Assembly (NCBI GenBank): GCA_027624045.1
Contig: JAQBUE010000004.1
Location: 1 to 60,303, forward strand
Source of the DNA: Acidobacteriota bacterium
GTDB lineage: Bacteria; Acidobacteriota; Terriglobia; Bryobacterales; UBA6623
Direction of reading: 5' to 3'
Length of the DNA stretch: 60,303 nucleotides
The notes beneath the pieces are model-generated. The model ran no database searches, was not told the DNA's origin, and saw only the letters and a program-made list of their open reading frames with translations. Below, in pieces: positions 46,956 through 57,092 of this stretch (position 1 is the stretch's first letter; each line of letters begins with the position of its first letter). A program made the position numbers and the translations under genes.

Positions 46956-48200
46956 TTATTCCGTACTGGTCCGGGCCTCTTGCCAAGGTGTTCCGGCACG
47001 CCCGTTAAGGTCCCACATTACCTTGCCGTCACGCAAGGTCAATTCACAAACGAGCAGCTGAGTTCCCTTCTTACGCGAACCCTTGACATCAAGGAATCCG
47101 AAATCGCCCGTGTCGAGCCGCAGCACGGCGACATCCGCGCCGGCGCCCACGCTCAAGTGGCCCAGATCGGTGCGCTTGATTTGCCGGGCCGGCTCCCAAG
47201 TGGATTTGCGGACCACGTCCTTCAGCGGCACGTCGAGAGCAAGAAACTTGGACATGACGTTGGCCATGTTCTTCATCCCCGCGTTCATGCTCCCGATATG
47301 AAGGTCGGTCGAGATGGAGTCGGCGATGAACCCGCCCTTGACGGCCCCCACTGCCTGGAACCACCAGAAGCTGCCGCCGCCGTGCCCGACATCGAACTTG
47401 ACACCCCTCTTTTGCGCTTCAAACAAGTACGGGCGTGGCTTGTTCTGATCGTCGAGCAGCGGAACGCGGCCGAGGTACGTGTGGGTGTACATGTCGCCGG
47501 GTCGCAGCTTCTTCGTAACCAGTTCCTCGAAGGGGCGTTCCTCGCGGAAGAGGCCGAAGTCCACCATGATTGGGATATTCGCCTTGGTGCCGGCAGCGAC
47601 GGCGCGCTCGACCGGATCCCATTCAGGTCCTTCATAGTGGGCTGTCTTGACGCCGACGACCGTGCCGGGGTACTGCTTCGCTATCTTGGCGGTGGCATCC
47701 GCGTCCATGTCGTCGAGGTTCTGCTCGATGTCGCCGCCACCCATGCCCTTGCCGACGATGTTCAGCATGGCAAGCACGCGCGTCTGGGCGCGGTCAATGA
47801 CACGTTGCTTGAAGTCCGGGAAGTTGCGCCAGCCCGAACTGCCGACATCGACCATCGTCGTTACGCCGGAGCGGAACGAAAAGCCGTCGGGATACACGCT
47901 GCTGTCCCCCGAGTACGCGCCCTTCATGCCGGTGCCTGCATAAACATGGACGTGGATGTCGACCAGCCCGGGGGTAACGTACAATCCCGCTACATCCACA
48001 ACCTTCGCGGCCTGCGAGGAATCGATGCTTTCCGCCACGGCCGCTATGCGGCCATCCTTAATGGCGACATCGCGCGGACCGTCAATGTCGTTGCGGGCGT
48101 CGATGACATGACCGCCCTTGAGAAGAAGGTCGTACTGCGCGAACAGCGAGCCGGCCGCAAGCGCGGCCAGCAACACGAGGCGCGAGAGATGCTTCGTCAA
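46956..48200 (-). CDS. Amidohydrolase/deacetylase (COG3964-like), secreted; array copy 1
   Basis: Signal peptide; PGLVDIHVH, GVKTAH, DVGHGGGSF, STDLH. Confidence 0.9.
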   Translation of the reverse strand: MTKHLSRLVLLAALAAGSLFAQYDLLLKGGHVIDARNDIDGPRDVAIKDGRIAAVAESIDSSQAAKVVDVAGLYVTPGLVDIHVHVYAGTGMKGAYSGDSSVYPDGFSFRSGVTTMVDVGSSGWRNFPDFKQRVIDRAQTRVLAMLNIVGKGMGGGDIEQNLDDMDADATAKIAKQYPGTVVGVKTAHYEGPEWDPVERAVAAGTKANIPIMVDFGLFREERPFEELVTKKLRPGDMYTHTYLGRVPLLDDQNKPRPYLFEAQKRGVKFDVGHGGGSFWWFQAVGAVKGGFIADSISTDLHIGSMNAGMKNMANVMSKFLALDVPLKDVVRKSTWEPARQIKRTDLGHLSVGAGADVAVLRLDTGDFGFLDVKGSRKKGTQLLVCELTLRDGKVMWDLNGRAGTPWQEARTSTE

Positions 48201-48428
48201 TGGTTTACTCCCTATCGAGACTCATCGGAGTCCCTCAAACAATCGAAATGCTGCTGACATCAAAACGAAATCTGGCCCCAAGGTAAGCTTGCTAGAGATC
48301 GCCCGCCGCCCACGTTGAGGGGGGGTCTGAGTATAATGAGACGCGATCGGGACCCGCTTCAGCAATCCCGTTCATAAGTTCCCGCAGGCGCTCAGCATCC
48401 TCCAAACCCACCTAAAACCGGCGCCCTC

Positions 48429-48680
48429 ATGGACTTCCAGAAGACATTACTCCGCCGTACAGGCAAGGCGATTCACGACTATACCATGATCGTCGAAGGC
48501 AACCGCATCGCCGTCGGAGTGTCGGGCGGCAAAGATTCGCTGGCGCTGCTGGGCGCTCTGCTGCTATTGCAAGAGAGATCGCCGGTCCATTACAGTCTGC
48601 ATGGGTTCACGGTGGAGCAAGGCAAGTTCGTTCGACCCATTGCTGATCCGCTTCCGCTGCTGGCGGAAGAGATGCTATAG
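48429..48680 (+). pseudogene. ttcA: Truncated tRNA 2-thiocytidine synthetase TtcA
   Basis: KAIHDYTMI.EG.RIAVGVSGGKDS PP-loop; only 83 aa, no CxxC motifs. Confidence 0.75.
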
Positions 48681-48787
48681 GTTGTTCTCGGGCGAGGACG
48701 TATGCACGAGTTCATAAAAGCGGCAGGATCGGTTTCCCTGGCGACACTGCCTGTCTCTCCACGGCGGCGGAGCTTGGCTGCGCCGGC

Positions 48788-49930
48788 ATGACGAAGGCAG
48801 ACGCACTACCGGCCGGGGACCGCACTTTCGTGCGTGTGCTGATTGTCGTTTTCCTCTTTTTTCTGTTTCTGTCCGGCGTTAAAGGTTTGGGCGACGGGTT
48901 CAAGCTGCTCGGGCGAGACCTCCTCGAGTCGTTCTTCGCCGCCACCGAAAATCCGTTCGTCGGCCTGATGATTGGGTTGTTGGCGACAACACTCGTCCAA
49001 AGCTCGTCGGTTTCGACATCGCTGATTGTCGGGCTCGTCGCCGCTCCGGAGAACCCCTTGCCGATCGCCAACGCCGTACCCATGATCATGGGCACCAACA
49101 TCGGCACGACCGTAACGAACACATTGGTCTCATTGGCCTATGTGGCGCGGCGCGATGATTTCCGGCGGGCGTTCGCGGTGGCTACCTGCCATGACTTCTT
49201 CAACTTCTTTGCGGTCGTGATTTTGCTCCCGCTGGAACTGGCGACTGGTTTCCTGCAGCACTCGGCCGAAGCGCTGTCCGGAATGGTTTCGGGTCTCGGC
49301 GGGGTGGAGTTCGAAAGTCCTCTCAAAGGCGTTCTGAGCGCGGGTGTGTATCCGTTTGTGTGGCTCGCCAAGATGCTGTTCGAAACGAAACCGCAGCAAG
49401 GCGCGTGCATCGCGATCGGTAGCGGAGTGATGATCGTGGTGGCGCTGATTCTCCTCGTTCGGACGATGCGGGCGGCCATGGAGTCGCGCGTCGAAGCGTA
49501 TGTGACACGCTTCCTTGGCGGAAATGCGCTGGCCGCGATCCTGATCGGCGCCGTCGTGACAGTCATGGTGCAGTCAAGTTCCATCACCACATCGCTGCTC
49601 GTGCCGTTGGCGGGAGCGGGCGTGCTGACTCTGGAACAAGCCTTCCCGATCACTCTCGGCGCGAACGTCGGCACCACGGTTACGGTCCTGCTCGCATCGA
49701 CGGCGGTGTCGGGTCCGAACGCGCAGGCAGGCGTAGCCATTGCGCTCGTCCATTTCCTTTTCAACGGCGTTGGCACCCTGATGGTCTATCCGATCGCTGC
49801 GATCCGGCGCATTCCACTGGGCCTGGCTAGATGGTTTGCGGAAATCGCGGTTCGGTCGCGACTATGGGCCGTGCTCTATATCGTGATTCTGTTTTATGGC
49901 CTGCCGGCCTTGTTCGCCTTTCTGAATTAA
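48788..49930 (+). CDS. Na+/phosphate cotransporter family protein
   Basis: Two QSSS motifs; GTNIGTT and GANVGTT repeats. Confidence 0.92.
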   Translation: MTKADALPAGDRTFVRVLIVVFLFFLFLSGVKGLGDGFKLLGRDLLESFFAATENPFVGLMIGLLATTLVQSSSVSTSLIVGLVAAPENPLPIANAVPMIMGTNIGTTVTNTLVSLAYVARRDDFRRAFAVATCHDFFNFFAVVILLPLELATGFLQHSAEALSGMVSGLGGVEFESPLKGVLSAGVYPFVWLAKMLFETKPQQGACIAIGSGVMIVVALILLVRTMRAAMESRVEAYVTRFLGGNALAAILIGAVVTVMVQSSSITTSLLVPLAGAGVLTLEQAFPITLGANVGTTVTVLLASTAVSGPNAQAGVAIALVHFLFNGVGTLMVYPIAAIRRIPLGLARWFAEIAVRSRLWAVLYIVILFYGLPALFAFLN

Positions 49931-49968
49931 TAGCTTGCGGCGGTGATAGAATCTTGTTGGGATCCGGC

Positions 49969-50532
49969 ATGAGCGTCGCCGTCAAACTTCTGACTTGGGA
50001 GGACATCAAGGATCTCCCTGAATCTCATGGCCGCACGGAGATCGTGGAAGGGGAGTTTGTCGTGTCGCCCACGCCCGGAAGTCGCCATCAGATCATCTGT
50101 TATCGCCTCGCCCTGAAGCTCGGCCCTTATGTCGCTGAACAGCGCCTTGGGACGTTGTTCGCCCACCCGATTCACGTAATCTTGGCCGATCATGTCCACT
50201 ACGAGCCGGATCTCTGTTTCATCGCCCGCAAGCGAAGTTCGATCATCCAGGAGGCATACATTGATGGGCCGCCTGATTTGGTGATCGAGGTGATCTCGGA
50301 GTCCAACCGCACACATGACACAGTCGTCAAGTATCGCGATTATGCGCGCTACGGTGTATCGGAATACTGGCTTGTCGACATGCGGGAGGAAGCGATCAGC
50401 ACGTGGCGGCTTCAAGGCGGAAGCTATGAACTCTTGGGCCGGGCGCAACGAGGCGCGCGAGTCCTTACGGGAATCCTCACGGGGCTGGAATTGGATCCGG
50501 CGGAAGCTTTCGACGATCCCTTCCAGGCTTAG
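49969..50532 (+). CDS. Uma2 family (PD-(D/E)xK) endonuclease-like protein
   Basis: EIVEG..P...HQ, EPD, PDLVIEVIS, GVSEYWLVD. Confidence 0.9.
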   Translation: MSVAVKLLTWEDIKDLPESHGRTEIVEGEFVVSPTPGSRHQIICYRLALKLGPYVAEQRLGTLFAHPIHVILADHVHYEPDLCFIARKRSSIIQEAYIDGPPDLVIEVISESNRTHDTVVKYRDYARYGVSEYWLVDMREEAISTWRLQGGSYELLGRAQRGARVLTGILTGLELDPAEAFDDPFQA

Positions 50533-51530
50533 ACGGTCAGCCCGAGTTCTTCTTCCAGGTATTTCTTGCTGACCGCGGAGCTAGCCTTGGCCGTACTGGC
50601 GGTCATGTCGAGTTCGACTGTCATCCAGCCCTTCCAACCGTTGGCGTCCAATTCCTTTTTGATACCCGGGAAATCGACGCCGCCTTTGCCGAGCGGGAAG
50701 AAGATCAGGTTGTCTTTGTTGGTGTTGACCGAGCCGCGCTCCATGTAAGGGCCCTTGTAGCCGCCGCGGTGCTCGGGGGCGCAGTCTTTCATGTGAAACT
50801 CGATGATCCGCGAGACGTAGTCCTTGGCGAGTTGCAGCGCGTCCATGCCGGCCATCGTCGTGTGGCCGGTGTCGAGAATCATGTGGACGTGGCGAGGGTC
50901 GGTGAGTTCCATGATGGCGTCGACGTCGTGGCGCTTCTCGTACTGGTTCCAGAGATGGTGGTGGACGCCGAACTTGATGCCCACGTCGCTGATGCGGCGC
51001 CCGAGCTCGTTGAACGCCGCGGCCATATTGCGGTAGATCTCCGGCGTATTGCCCCCGGGATTCGCGGCCCCGCAGTTGATCTTCAGATGATCGCAGCCGA
51101 GCTTCTTGATGAAGCGGACCAGGCGCATGTGATCGTCAATCACTTCCTTATGCTGCGTGGCGTCCTGGAAGTTTGTATTCAGCGGCCCGCTGTTTGAGAC
51201 GGTTTCCATCTTGAGGCCGAGTTTGGCGAGGATGTCGACCAGTTCTTCCGGACGGTTCTCCCACTCGCTGACGTAGGACCAGAACGTTTCGATCCAGTGG
51301 TATCCGACCTCGGAAGCTTCGCGAACGGATTTGAGAAAGTTCTCGCCCCCGGCCCAGTCGGGGCGGGTGTTCGAGGTAATACCGACGGTAATGTCGGCCC
51401 CCGTGCCCTTGCCTTGGCCCTGGCGCGGCGCGGCGAGAAGAGCGGCGCCGGCGGCGAGCAGGCTACGGCGCGTAACGTTGGCCCTTCGCAAGCTCTGTTT
51501 AGAATTCTGTTGAGAAGTCACTTTCTGCAT
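50529..51530 (-). CDS. Tat-exported sugar phosphate isomerase/epimerase (IolE/xylose isomerase-like TIM barrel)
   Basis: TRRSLL Tat motif; HHH, DTGH, HMKD, PLGKG.VDF, VELD. Confidence 0.85.
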   Translation of the reverse strand: MQKVTSQQNSKQSLRRANVTRRSLLAAGAALLAAPRQGQGKGTGADITVGITSNTRPDWAGGENFLKSVREASEVGYHWIETFWSYVSEWENRPEELVDILAKLGLKMETVSNSGPLNTNFQDATQHKEVIDDHMRLVRFIKKLGCDHLKINCGAANPGGNTPEIYRNMAAAFNELGRRISDVGIKFGVHHHLWNQYEKRHDVDAIMELTDPRHVHMILDTGHTTMAGMDALQLAKDYVSRIIEFHMKDCAPEHRGGYKGPYMERGSVNTNKDNLIFFPLGKGGVDFPGIKKELDANGWKGWMTVELDMTASTAKASSAVSKKYLEEELGLTV

Positions 51531-51627
51531 CCTCCATGGGCTTCCAAGGGCAGCATATACCAGGCATGAGAACAACTCAAGAGAACATGCCGGATGCGCC
51601 TCTCGGCGCTAGGGCATAATAGCGGGA

Positions 51628-52410
51628 ATGACCAACAGCCGTGTTCTCGCCAAACTTCGCGCCGGTGACTTCGTGAAAGTTGCCGGCATCAGCCGCGTTA
51701 TGCACCCCTGGCTCGCCGAGACGGTCGGCCGCATCGGATACGACTGTATCTGGCTGGACCTCGAGCACCGGCCCTGGGGCGACGAAGTGATTGACCCCAT
51801 CTCGCTCGCTTGCCGCGCTACCGGGATCGACCTGATGGCTCGCATCCACAAATCCGACTACGGCGACCCGATGCGCGCTCTTGAGTTCGGGGCCAACGGA
51901 CTGATGGTGCCGCACATCCGAAGCGCCCAAGAGGCTCGTGAGTGGGTCAACCACGCTCGCTTCCCGCCGCTGGGCAAGCGTGGCATCGACGCCGCCGGCG
52001 CCGACGCCGACTACGCCCTCGCTGACCCCAGAGAGTACCTGGAGCACGCCGCCAAAGAAGTGTTCCTGGCCTTCCAAATCGAGGATAAGGAAGCCGTCGA
52101 ATCAATTGATGAGATCGCTGATGTGGAAGGCTATGACCTGTTCTTCATCGGTATGGGCGACCTGAGTCTCAGCTACGGCGTGCCTTTCGACTTCGGGAAT
52201 CCCATTCTGCAAGAGGCGATGGAACGTGTCGCGGCGGCGGCCAAGAGGACGAACCGCTGGTGGGGCACGCCCACCGGCACACCCGAGCACGCCCAAAAGA
52301 TACTCGATCTCGGCGGACGCATGATCACCGCCGGCGGCGACCATATGGCGCTGCTCAACGGATTCCGCAATTCGTTCCAAGATTATTCAAAGGTCCGAAT
52401 CTCGACGTAA
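51628..52410 (+). CDS. HpcH/HpaI family aldolase
   Basis: WLDLEH, RFPPLGKRG, QIE, FIG..DLS. Confidence 0.9.
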   Translation: MTNSRVLAKLRAGDFVKVAGISRVMHPWLAETVGRIGYDCIWLDLEHRPWGDEVIDPISLACRATGIDLMARIHKSDYGDPMRALEFGANGLMVPHIRSAQEAREWVNHARFPPLGKRGIDAAGADADYALADPREYLEHAAKEVFLAFQIEDKEAVESIDEIADVEGYDLFFIGMGDLSLSYGVPFDFGNPILQEAMERVAAAAKRTNRWWGTPTGTPEHAQKILDLGGRMITAGGDHMALLNGFRNSFQDYSKVRIST

Positions 52411-52468
52411 CAACGGCGCGGCGTACTTGCATCGGGGCAGTCAGGCTCGGCGTCAGCTTATTACCAGC

Positions 52469-53362
52469 ATGGAACTCCCTTTCACACTCAGCGCGCCGGC
52501 TCTACAGAAGGCCATTGCCAGTGTTCTTCTGCTGGTCTTGGTCCTCGTGGCGCGCGCCTTTTTGGGCCGTATTCTCACGCGCTACGTCAAGCACACCGAG
52601 CCGCGCCGCCGTTGGCTCGTCAGCATTCGCAATGCGCTGCTACTGCTTGGTTTCATCGCGCTGGGGATCATCTGGGTCGACGAGTTGAAGAATCTGGGTG
52701 TGGCCATCCTCGGCGTCGGCGTCGCGTTCGTGATTGCCGTAAAGGAGTTTCTGCTCTGTCTGAACGGCTCTTTCCTGCGGGCGACGACGAACGCGTTTTC
52801 CGTCGGTGATCGCATTGAGTGGGCGGGCCACCGCGGGGACGTGATCGATTTAGACCTGTTCACGACGACGCTTCTCGAAGTCGGGCCCGGTCACGCCTTT
52901 CACTTGAGGACGGGCCGCACCGTCGTGATTCCGAACAGCAAGATGCTCGATTCCCCCGTTATCAACGAATCACACATGAAGCGCTTTGTCTTGCATGTGT
53001 TTTCCGTGCCTCTCGGAATCGAGGAAGACTGGCAGCGGGCCGAAACCATCCTGCTCAAGGCCTGCCTGGAGGAATGCGCGCCCTATCGGGACGAAGCGGC
53101 ACGCCATATGAAGAAGCTAGAGGAGGAGCATGGTCTGACTGGCCTGCCGCCGGAGCCGCGCGTGATGCTGCAGCTCAGCGAGGTCCGCAAGCTGACTCTG
53201 CTCGTGCGGTTCCCTTGTCCGGTGGGCCGGCAGGGAAGCTTGGAACAGGCGATCATGCGGCGTTTCCTGGCCGAAATGGTGTGGCGGCAATTGCCTGCCC
53301 TGGACGAGGCCGCCGCCGAAAGAGAACAATTCGGGCCGACAACGCGCCGGCCCCGGACCTAA
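52469..53362 (+). CDS. MscS family mechanosensitive channel
   Basis: Three TM helices; FSVGDRI, GDV..I, VIPNS. Confidence 0.88.
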   Translation: MELPFTLSAPALQKAIASVLLLVLVLVARAFLGRILTRYVKHTEPRRRWLVSIRNALLLLGFIALGIIWVDELKNLGVAILGVGVAFVIAVKEFLLCLNGSFLRATTNAFSVGDRIEWAGHRGDVIDLDLFTTTLLEVGPGHAFHLRTGRTVVIPNSKMLDSPVINESHMKRFVLHVFSVPLGIEEDWQRAETILLKACLEECAPYRDEAARHMKKLEEEHGLTGLPPEPRVMLQLSEVRKLTLLVRFPCPVGRQGSLEQAIMRRFLAEMVWRQLPALDEAAAEREQFGPTTRRPRT

Positions 53363-53378
53363 CCTGCCTATTTCGTTT

Positions 53379-54596
53379 TCAGGTTTCTTCCCGTTCGGTG
53401 GCTTCAACGAGGTCAAGTACGGCAACTCGATACACCGCGGGCAGGCCTTCCCGGTCGCTGACGAAGTAGATCCATTGGCTGTCGTGCGAGAAGACGGGCT
53501 CGGGCGCTGATGCCCAGGGGTCGGTTTGATCCGTGCCGGCGATCGGGTAGGGTTTGCCGCTACTGGCGTGTTCGCAGATCGTTATTTCTCGCTGCAAGCG
53601 GCTGAACAAGACGTAGATATTCGGGCCGGCGAGACTGCTGCTTGCCCCCACAATCACTGAATTATCTTCGTTGGCGCTGAGCCAGCCGAAGCGGCTACAA
53701 CGCGAGACCGTGCGTTCTTCGCCTGTCGTAACATTGACGCAGCGCACCGTCGCGCCGCGCCCGCTGGCGTCCGGGTAGTGGACGTAGCAGACTTCTTCGC
53801 CGCCGCCGGACCAGTATTCGTGACCCAGTCTCTCTTCGCCCTGGCGGGGACGCAGGTTCCTGGGGCCGGACGCGCCGGGGCGCATCAGCCAGAGGCGGTC
53901 GACTTTCTCCCAGGGGCCTTCGTGGCAGTAGAGTACTTCGTTACTGCCAGGGCGGAACTGCGGGTGAGCGAGCCACTGGTTCTCGCCGACCAACAGGCGG
54001 CCCTGGCCGCTGAGCAAGTCGACGAGCTGGATACGGCAGCGCGGCCGCTTGGCGAATTGCTCGTCGAAGCCGTCGACCCAGTCTTCTTCACGCATCTCTA
54101 CCACGGCGGCATAGCGAGCTGAGCCCGATACAGCTAGATGGCCGGTGACCCGCCACCCCGATTCCGCACGGTAGATGCGTTGCGTCCGGCCGCCGCCCGC
54201 CGCCACCCGCTTGAGTTCGTTTCCCTGAAGAAAAAAGACTCTTTTCTCCTTGTCGTCCAAGGTGGCTGAGTAGGTGTGGACGCCAGGACCCTCGCTGAGT
54301 TGAAGCATCCGGGAGCGGGCGAGATTCAGCCGAAAAATCTGGCGTGAGCCGGTCCGTTCCGAGCCGACCAGAACGAACGAGTTCTTGCGTGAGAGAAATC
54401 GATGATGATAGTGCGGCAGATGGTGCAGCGAGTCGGCTGGCGTGAGACGGTAGATCAGCCGCTCCGTCAGCGCGTCGGGGCTAACAGAGGCTTGATTCTC
54501 AAAGCGAGACCCTCTGCCGGATGAGCGCCCTTGAGCAGCGGCCACGGCAGGCGCACAGGCAGACAAAAACGCTCTTCGGCTCAGCGTTTTCACCAA
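53379..54596 (-). CDS. Tat-exported oligogalacturonate lyase-like beta-propeller protein
   Basis: SRRAFL Tat motif; WLAHPQFRP, YCHEGPW, GHEYW, P.FS.D...IYF.SD. Confidence 0.8.
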   Translation of the reverse strand: MVKTLSRRAFLSACAPAVAAAQGRSSGRGSRFENQASVSPDALTERLIYRLTPADSLHHLPHYHHRFLSRKNSFVLVGSERTGSRQIFRLNLARSRMLQLSEGPGVHTYSATLDDKEKRVFFLQGNELKRVAAGGGRTQRIYRAESGWRVTGHLAVSGSARYAAVVEMREEDWVDGFDEQFAKRPRCRIQLVDLLSGQGRLLVGENQWLAHPQFRPGSNEVLYCHEGPWEKVDRLWLMRPGASGPRNLRPRQGEERLGHEYWSGGGEEVCYVHYPDASGRGATVRCVNVTTGEERTVSRCSRFGWLSANEDNSVIVGASSSLAGPNIYVLFSRLQREITICEHASSGKPYPIAGTDQTDPWASAPEPVFSHDSQWIYFVSDREGLPAVYRVAVLDLVEATEREET

Positions 54597-54733
54597 TTCG
54601 TCATCGTATCATCGGACTTGCTTCACCGAAGCGCCGAATCCGCCGTTTCAGGCGAACCATCGTCCACCGCTGGGCGGCCGATGCGCCATCGGACGAGTGT
54701 TAGAATGATCCAACTCCGCTTGAGCCGCTCGCT

Positions 54734-55165
54734 GTGAAGAAGATTCAACAATTGCTGCCCAATGTGTATCGCGGCGTTGTGTCCGACCCGCTCGCCGAGG
54801 AAGATCTCGTGCTCACCTATTGGCCTTCGACGGTGGGTCCGATGATCGCTTACCGAACGCGCCCGGTGGGGGTTTTCGGCAGGAAACTGTTTGTCGAAGT
54901 GACCGATGCCCAGTGGCGCGACGAGTTGCAGGCCCTGAGCCGCCGGATTGCGCGGCAATTGAACAAGGCGGTCGGGCGGAAAGTGCTTTGGGACGTGAGC
55001 TTCCGGCTGGGCCGGGAGCGGGCTAAGCCTCCGGCGCGAACGGCAGCCGCCGGCGAACCGTTGACACCGCGTAGCAGCGACGAAGCCGACGACATTCGAG
55101 ACCCGAATCTAAGGCGGATCTTTCGCGCCCGACGCCTCAAGTCCGCCGCGGGAAAGATCGCCTGA
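54734..55165 (+). CDS. DUF721/DciA family protein
   Basis: W...VG..IA..T.P.....L.V.V....W..EL pattern. Confidence 0.75.
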   Translation: MKKIQQLLPNVYRGVVSDPLAEEDLVLTYWPSTVGPMIAYRTRPVGVFGRKLFVEVTDAQWRDELQALSRRIARQLNKAVGRKVLWDVSFRLGRERAKPPARTAAAGEPLTPRSSDEADDIRDPNLRRIFRARRLKSAAGKIA

Positions 55166-55464
55166 TGAAGATTACGGAAGAGGAAGTCCGCTACATCGCG
55201 CAGCTCGCCAATCTCGAATTGAGCGCGGAGGCGATTGCGCAATATAGCCACGACATGGAAGAGATTCTCACCTACATCGACAAACTCGACGAGCTCGATA
55301 CGAGCGCGGTCGAACCGATGGCGCAGGTAATCTACGAAGGCACTGAAACAGCGACCCTGCGAGACGACGTGCCGGCGCCCTCGTTCGACCAGGAAACAGC
55401 ATTGCGCGCAGCGCCGCTCAAGGGCGCGGGATATTTCAAGGTACCCAAGGTCATCGAACGCTAG
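55165..55464 (+). CDS. gatC: Asp/Glu-tRNA amidotransferase subunit C
   Basis: EEVRYIAQLANL, LRDD, FKVPKVIE; directly upstream of gatA. Confidence 0.95.
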   Translation: MKITEEEVRYIAQLANLELSAEAIAQYSHDMEEILTYIDKLDELDTSAVEPMAQVIYEGTETATLRDDVPAPSFDQETALRAAPLKGAGYFKVPKVIER

Positions 55465-55486
55465 GCGCATCGAGGAACAAGCAGGC

Positions 55487-55506
55487 GGTCGCGTTGCAAC
55501 GTGACC
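55487..55506. repeat. REP-like palindrome between gatC and gatA
   Basis: GGTCGCGTTG|CAACGTGACC, 9 of 10 positions self-complementary. Confidence 0.4.
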
Positions 55507-55547
55507 CGGCAGGTGCCCTAACCCGGCACGCGCCCTGACTCGGCAAG

Positions 55548-56996
55548 ATGGATAACTACAAGACACTCACGATCAGCGCCATCCGGCAAGGGCTCAGCAA
55601 CGGCAGTTTCAGCGCCAAGGAACTGGCCCAGCAAGCCGTCAGCCTCGCCGAGGCCGAGAACGATCTTTATGGCGCGTTCTTGCACTTCTGCCCAGAGCGA
55701 GCTCTTGCCACCGCCGAGCGCGTCGACGCCGATCTCGCCGCGGGCAAGCCGCTTGGCGCCCTGGCCGGCGTCCCCGTCGCTGTTAAAGACGTCATCATGA
55801 CCAAGGGCGTGCGGACGACTTGCGCCTCCCGCCTCCTTGAAAATTACGTGGCGCACTATGACGCCACAGTCGTTGCCCGTCTTGAGCAGGCCGGCGGCAT
55901 GATCTTCGGGAAAGCGAACTGCGACGAGTTCGCGATGGGTTCATCGAACGAGAACTCGGCGTTTGGCCCCGTGCGCAACCCGGCGGCGCCGGATCGCGTG
56001 CCGGGCGGCTCGAGCGGCGGTTCGGCGGCAGCCGTGGCGGGGGGCTTCGCTCCCGTTTCGCTGGGCTCGGATACGGGCGGGTCGATCCGCCAGCCAGCCT
56101 CGTTTTGCGGCGTGGTCGGGCTGAAGCCTACCTACGGCCGCGTCTCCCGTTACGGTTTGGTGGCCTTCGCCAGTTCGCTGGATAGCATCGGCCCGTTTGT
56201 CCGAACGGTCAAAGATGCCGCCACGCTGCTGAGTGTGATCGCGGGCCGCGACCCGCTGGATTCGACATCCGCCGCCGTCGAGGCGCCCAACTATTCAGCC
56301 GGCCTGACGGCTGACGTCAAAGGGCTGCGCATCGGCGTCCCGAAGGAGTACTTCGCCGCCGGTCTCGACCCCGAGGTGCGAGGCCGGATCGAGGCCGGAC
56401 TCAAAGTGCTCGAAGGTCTCGGCTGCGAAATCAGCGAGATGAGCCTGCCCCACACCGAGTACGCGGTCGCAACCTACTATTTGATCTGCACCGCCGAAGC
56501 CAGCGCCAACCTGGCGCGCTACGACGGTGTGCGCTATACGCGGCGCGTTGACGAGCCGGAGACGCTTGACGAGATGTATTCCAAGACGCGCGGCGAAGGG
56601 TTTGGCGCCGAGGTGACCCGCCGCATCATCCTCGGGACGTATGTGTTGAGCTCGGGTTACTACGACGCCTACTACCGTAAGGCCCAACAGGTGCGCACGT
56701 TGATCGCTTCCGACTTCAAGAAGGCTTTCGAGACGGTGGATGCAATTGTGACACCCGTGTCGCCGTTTCCGGCCTTCAAGCTGGGTGAAAAGATTTCCGA
56801 TCCGCTCGATATGTATCTGTCTGACATCTACACGCTCAACTGCAGCTTGGCGGGCAACACCGGCGTCAGCGTGCCTTGCGGCAAGACCGCCGAGGGGCTG
56901 CCGGTGGGCATGCAGATCATCTGCGATCACTTCCAGGAGGCAACGATGCTCAAGCTGGGTGATGCCTTCGAGCAGGCAGGCGGTTTCACGGTCTGA
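55548..56996 (+). CDS. gatA: Asp/Glu-tRNA amidotransferase subunit A
   Basis: [45 protein letters not shown]. Confidence 0.97.
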   Translation: MDNYKTLTISAIRQGLSNGSFSAKELAQQAVSLAEAENDLYGAFLHFCPERALATAERVDADLAAGKPLGALAGVPVAVKDVIMTKGVRTTCASRLLENYVAHYDATVVARLEQAGGMIFGKANCDEFAMGSSNENSAFGPVRNPAAPDRVPGGSSGGSAAAVAGGFAPVSLGSDTGGSIRQPASFCGVVGLKPTYGRVSRYGLVAFASSLDSIGPFVRTVKDAATLLSVIAGRDPLDSTSAAVEAPNYSAGLTADVKGLRIGVPKEYFAAGLDPEVRGRIEAGLKVLEGLGCEISEMSLPHTEYAVATYYLICTAEASANLARYDGVRYTRRVDEPETLDEMYSKTRGEGFGAEVTRRIILGTYVLSSGYYDAYYRKAQQVRTLIASDFKKAFETVDAIVTPVSPFPAFKLGEKISDPLDMYLSDIYTLNCSLAGNTGVSVPCGKTAEGLPVGMQIICDHFQEATMLKLGDAFEQAGGFTV

Positions 56997-57092
56997 GCGC
57001 CCCGGCAACGCAGCGCCGCATCAAACACCGTCCGCTATCCTGAACGTTTGATCCTCTGCTGAACGCGAGCCAGTCTCGCCGCGCTTCCTAAG

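Noticed and set aside
41668-48200. Calling the array genes pyrC (dihydroorotase)
   Set aside because: All five carry export signals and there is no pyrimidine-operon context; the motifs fit the COG3964-like deacetylase group.
46818-48257. 479-aa plus-strand ORF and similar ORFs over the amidohydrolase array
   Set aside because: They resemble each other only because they are antisense to paralogous genes.
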